Below, piece by piece: positions 63,003 through 64,000 of a stretch of DNA of 64,000 nucleotides. Source of the stretch: an uncultured cyanobacterium. GTDB lineage: Bacteria > Cyanobacteriota > Cyanobacteriia > Cyanobacteriales > Nostocaceae. Position numbers and translations under genes: made by a program. The stretch covers positions 3,136,001 to 3,200,000 of the forward strand of contig OY970166.1 of NCBI GenBank assembly GCA_963706595.1, read 5' to 3'. The first letter of the stretch is position 1. Every line of letters starts with the position of its first letter. The notes below the pieces were generated by a model. That model ran no database searches. It saw nothing but the letters and a program-made list of their open reading frames with translations, and had not been told where the DNA came from.

Positions 63003-63449
63003 TTATGCCGCATCTGCCAAATTTTGCACAAAACCAATTTGTTTTAACTCTTGTGATTTAGGAGGATTATCTGTTTTCCAGTTGTACGCTAAATCTCTTA
63101 ACCAACTTTCAACTAATGTTTCTAGATAAAACTCAGAAATTCTCTTAGTTGCAAATTCGGAATCGTATTCAGTCATCACTTCATGAGTTGGGAAGGTGTA
63201 GACAGTTGCTAGATTTTTACCATCCCATTGAAAAATATTAATGTATTCAGGAGTAGCAGTCATCCCATAAGGAACTATGAGATGATTATGTTGATACTCA
63301 AATTTGAGGATTTCTTCTACTTTTCCTTTAATATCTTCTTCAATATCTCTGGCTCTAATTTTCGATACTAAAAGCTTTTGTCCATTTTTATCCCAAGCTG
63401 TAATATCAGATACTTCTGTTGTTGGGCTACTTAGTTTTTCAACGTCCAT
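63003..63449 (-). CDS. Hypothetical protein, possibly a degenerate restriction-endonuclease-like fold
   Basis: 148 aa with GAGG RBS. Contains DITAWDKNGQKLLVSKIRA and YLETLVESWLRDLAYNWK; co-oriented with the PIN gene. Confidence 0.65.
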   Translation of the reverse strand: MDVEKLSSPTTEVSDITAWDKNGQKLLVSKIRARDIEEDIKGKVEEILKFEYQHNHLIVPYGMTATPEYINIFQWDGKNLATVYTFPTHEVMTEYDSEFATKRISEFYLETLVESWLRDLAYNWKTDNPPKSQELKQIGFVQNLADAA

Positions 63450-63546
63450 TTTTTAGTCCTCGTGACATTGACTATTGCAACACCTTTATTGTAAAGGATG
63501 AGCGAATAAATCAGTTACAATAATAGTGATAAAGAGGATTGTAACT

Positions 63547-63807
63547 ATGAGCGTCGTTATTCCTAACGAAATATTAACCACAACTCGCATGAATGAAGAG
63601 GAAATGAAGCGAGAAATTGCGGTGATGCTCTTTCAGAAAGACAAGTTAACTCTTGCACAAGCAAGTCGCTTTGCTGGTATGAATCGGATAGCATTTCAGC
63701 ATTTACTCGCAAGTCGTGAAATCCCGGTGCATTATGGGGTTGAAGATTTTGAACAAGACATCAAGAATTTGCGAGAGATGGGTAGACTGTCATCATTATT
63801 CAGATAG
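63547..63807 (+). CDS. UPF0175 family antitoxin-like protein
   Basis: EIAVMLFQKDKLTLAQASRFAGMNRIAFQHLLASREIPVHY..EDFEQD. Confidence 0.88.
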   Translation: MSVVIPNEILTTTRMNEEEMKREIAVMLFQKDKLTLAQASRFAGMNRIAFQHLLASREIPVHYGVEDFEQDIKNLREMGRLSSLFR

Positions 63808-63844
63808 GACTGATATATCATCGCTAATAAACGCAAATATTAGA

Positions 63845-64000
63845 TTATTCATCATCATTTTCGACAAAATATTCACCTATAGTTTCATGTATTTTATCAA
63901 TATTTTGAATTTCATTACGAATTTCTAATGCACTAAATTTATTATCAGCCTCATGCACAATAAAATTTCTAACTTTCATAGCTCGTTGAATTGCATGATA
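63845..64000 (-). CDS. 3' end of a probable HEPN-like protein (partial)
   Basis: Read manually: YHAIQRAMKVRNFIVHEADNKFSALEIRNEIQNIDKIHETIGEYFVENDDE*, containing R-N-x3-H. Confidence 0.55.
   Translation of the reverse strand, partial: YHAIQRAMKVRNFIVHEADNKFSALEIRNEIQNIDKIHETIGEYFVENDDE

Overview
This 64-kb window is chromosomal DNA from a heterocyst-forming cyanobacterium (Nostocales). The assignment is inferred from very frequent HIP1 GCGATCGC sites, STRR heptamer arrays and an XisI gene. Most of it is core genome: an rfbP-type sugar transferase with gmd and fcl; crp-DUF2232-cobT; ribE; birA and pgeF; tocopherol cyclase; tRNA-Arg(CCT); plsX-fabH-fabD-plsC; pepA; metG-labA-lptC; dacB; guaB-Yfr1-trxA; mutS2; and DUF2997-ycf35-ferredoxin. 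The accessory layer has five parts. (1) A 1353-aa protein combining a coiled coil, an acidic linker and a degenerate Hsp70/actin-fold domain. (2) A PIN toxin with a small partner gene between ~77-bp HIP1-centred direct repeats. (3) An AAA-ATPase/DUF3226 pair fused by deletion, next to a Uma2 gene carrying an in-frame 72-bp transposon-end insertion. (4) A PIN/UPF0175/HEPN cluster at the right edge. (5) At least six families of miniature transposons and small palindromic repeats, often nested and with readable target-site duplications, although no transposase is encoded in the window. pgeF, mutS2 and probably an EcsC-like gene carry single frameshifts, which may be real or assembly errors. I found no CRISPR array or prophage. 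I cannot show a wholly new system from sequence alone; the best candidates are ranked in the findings.
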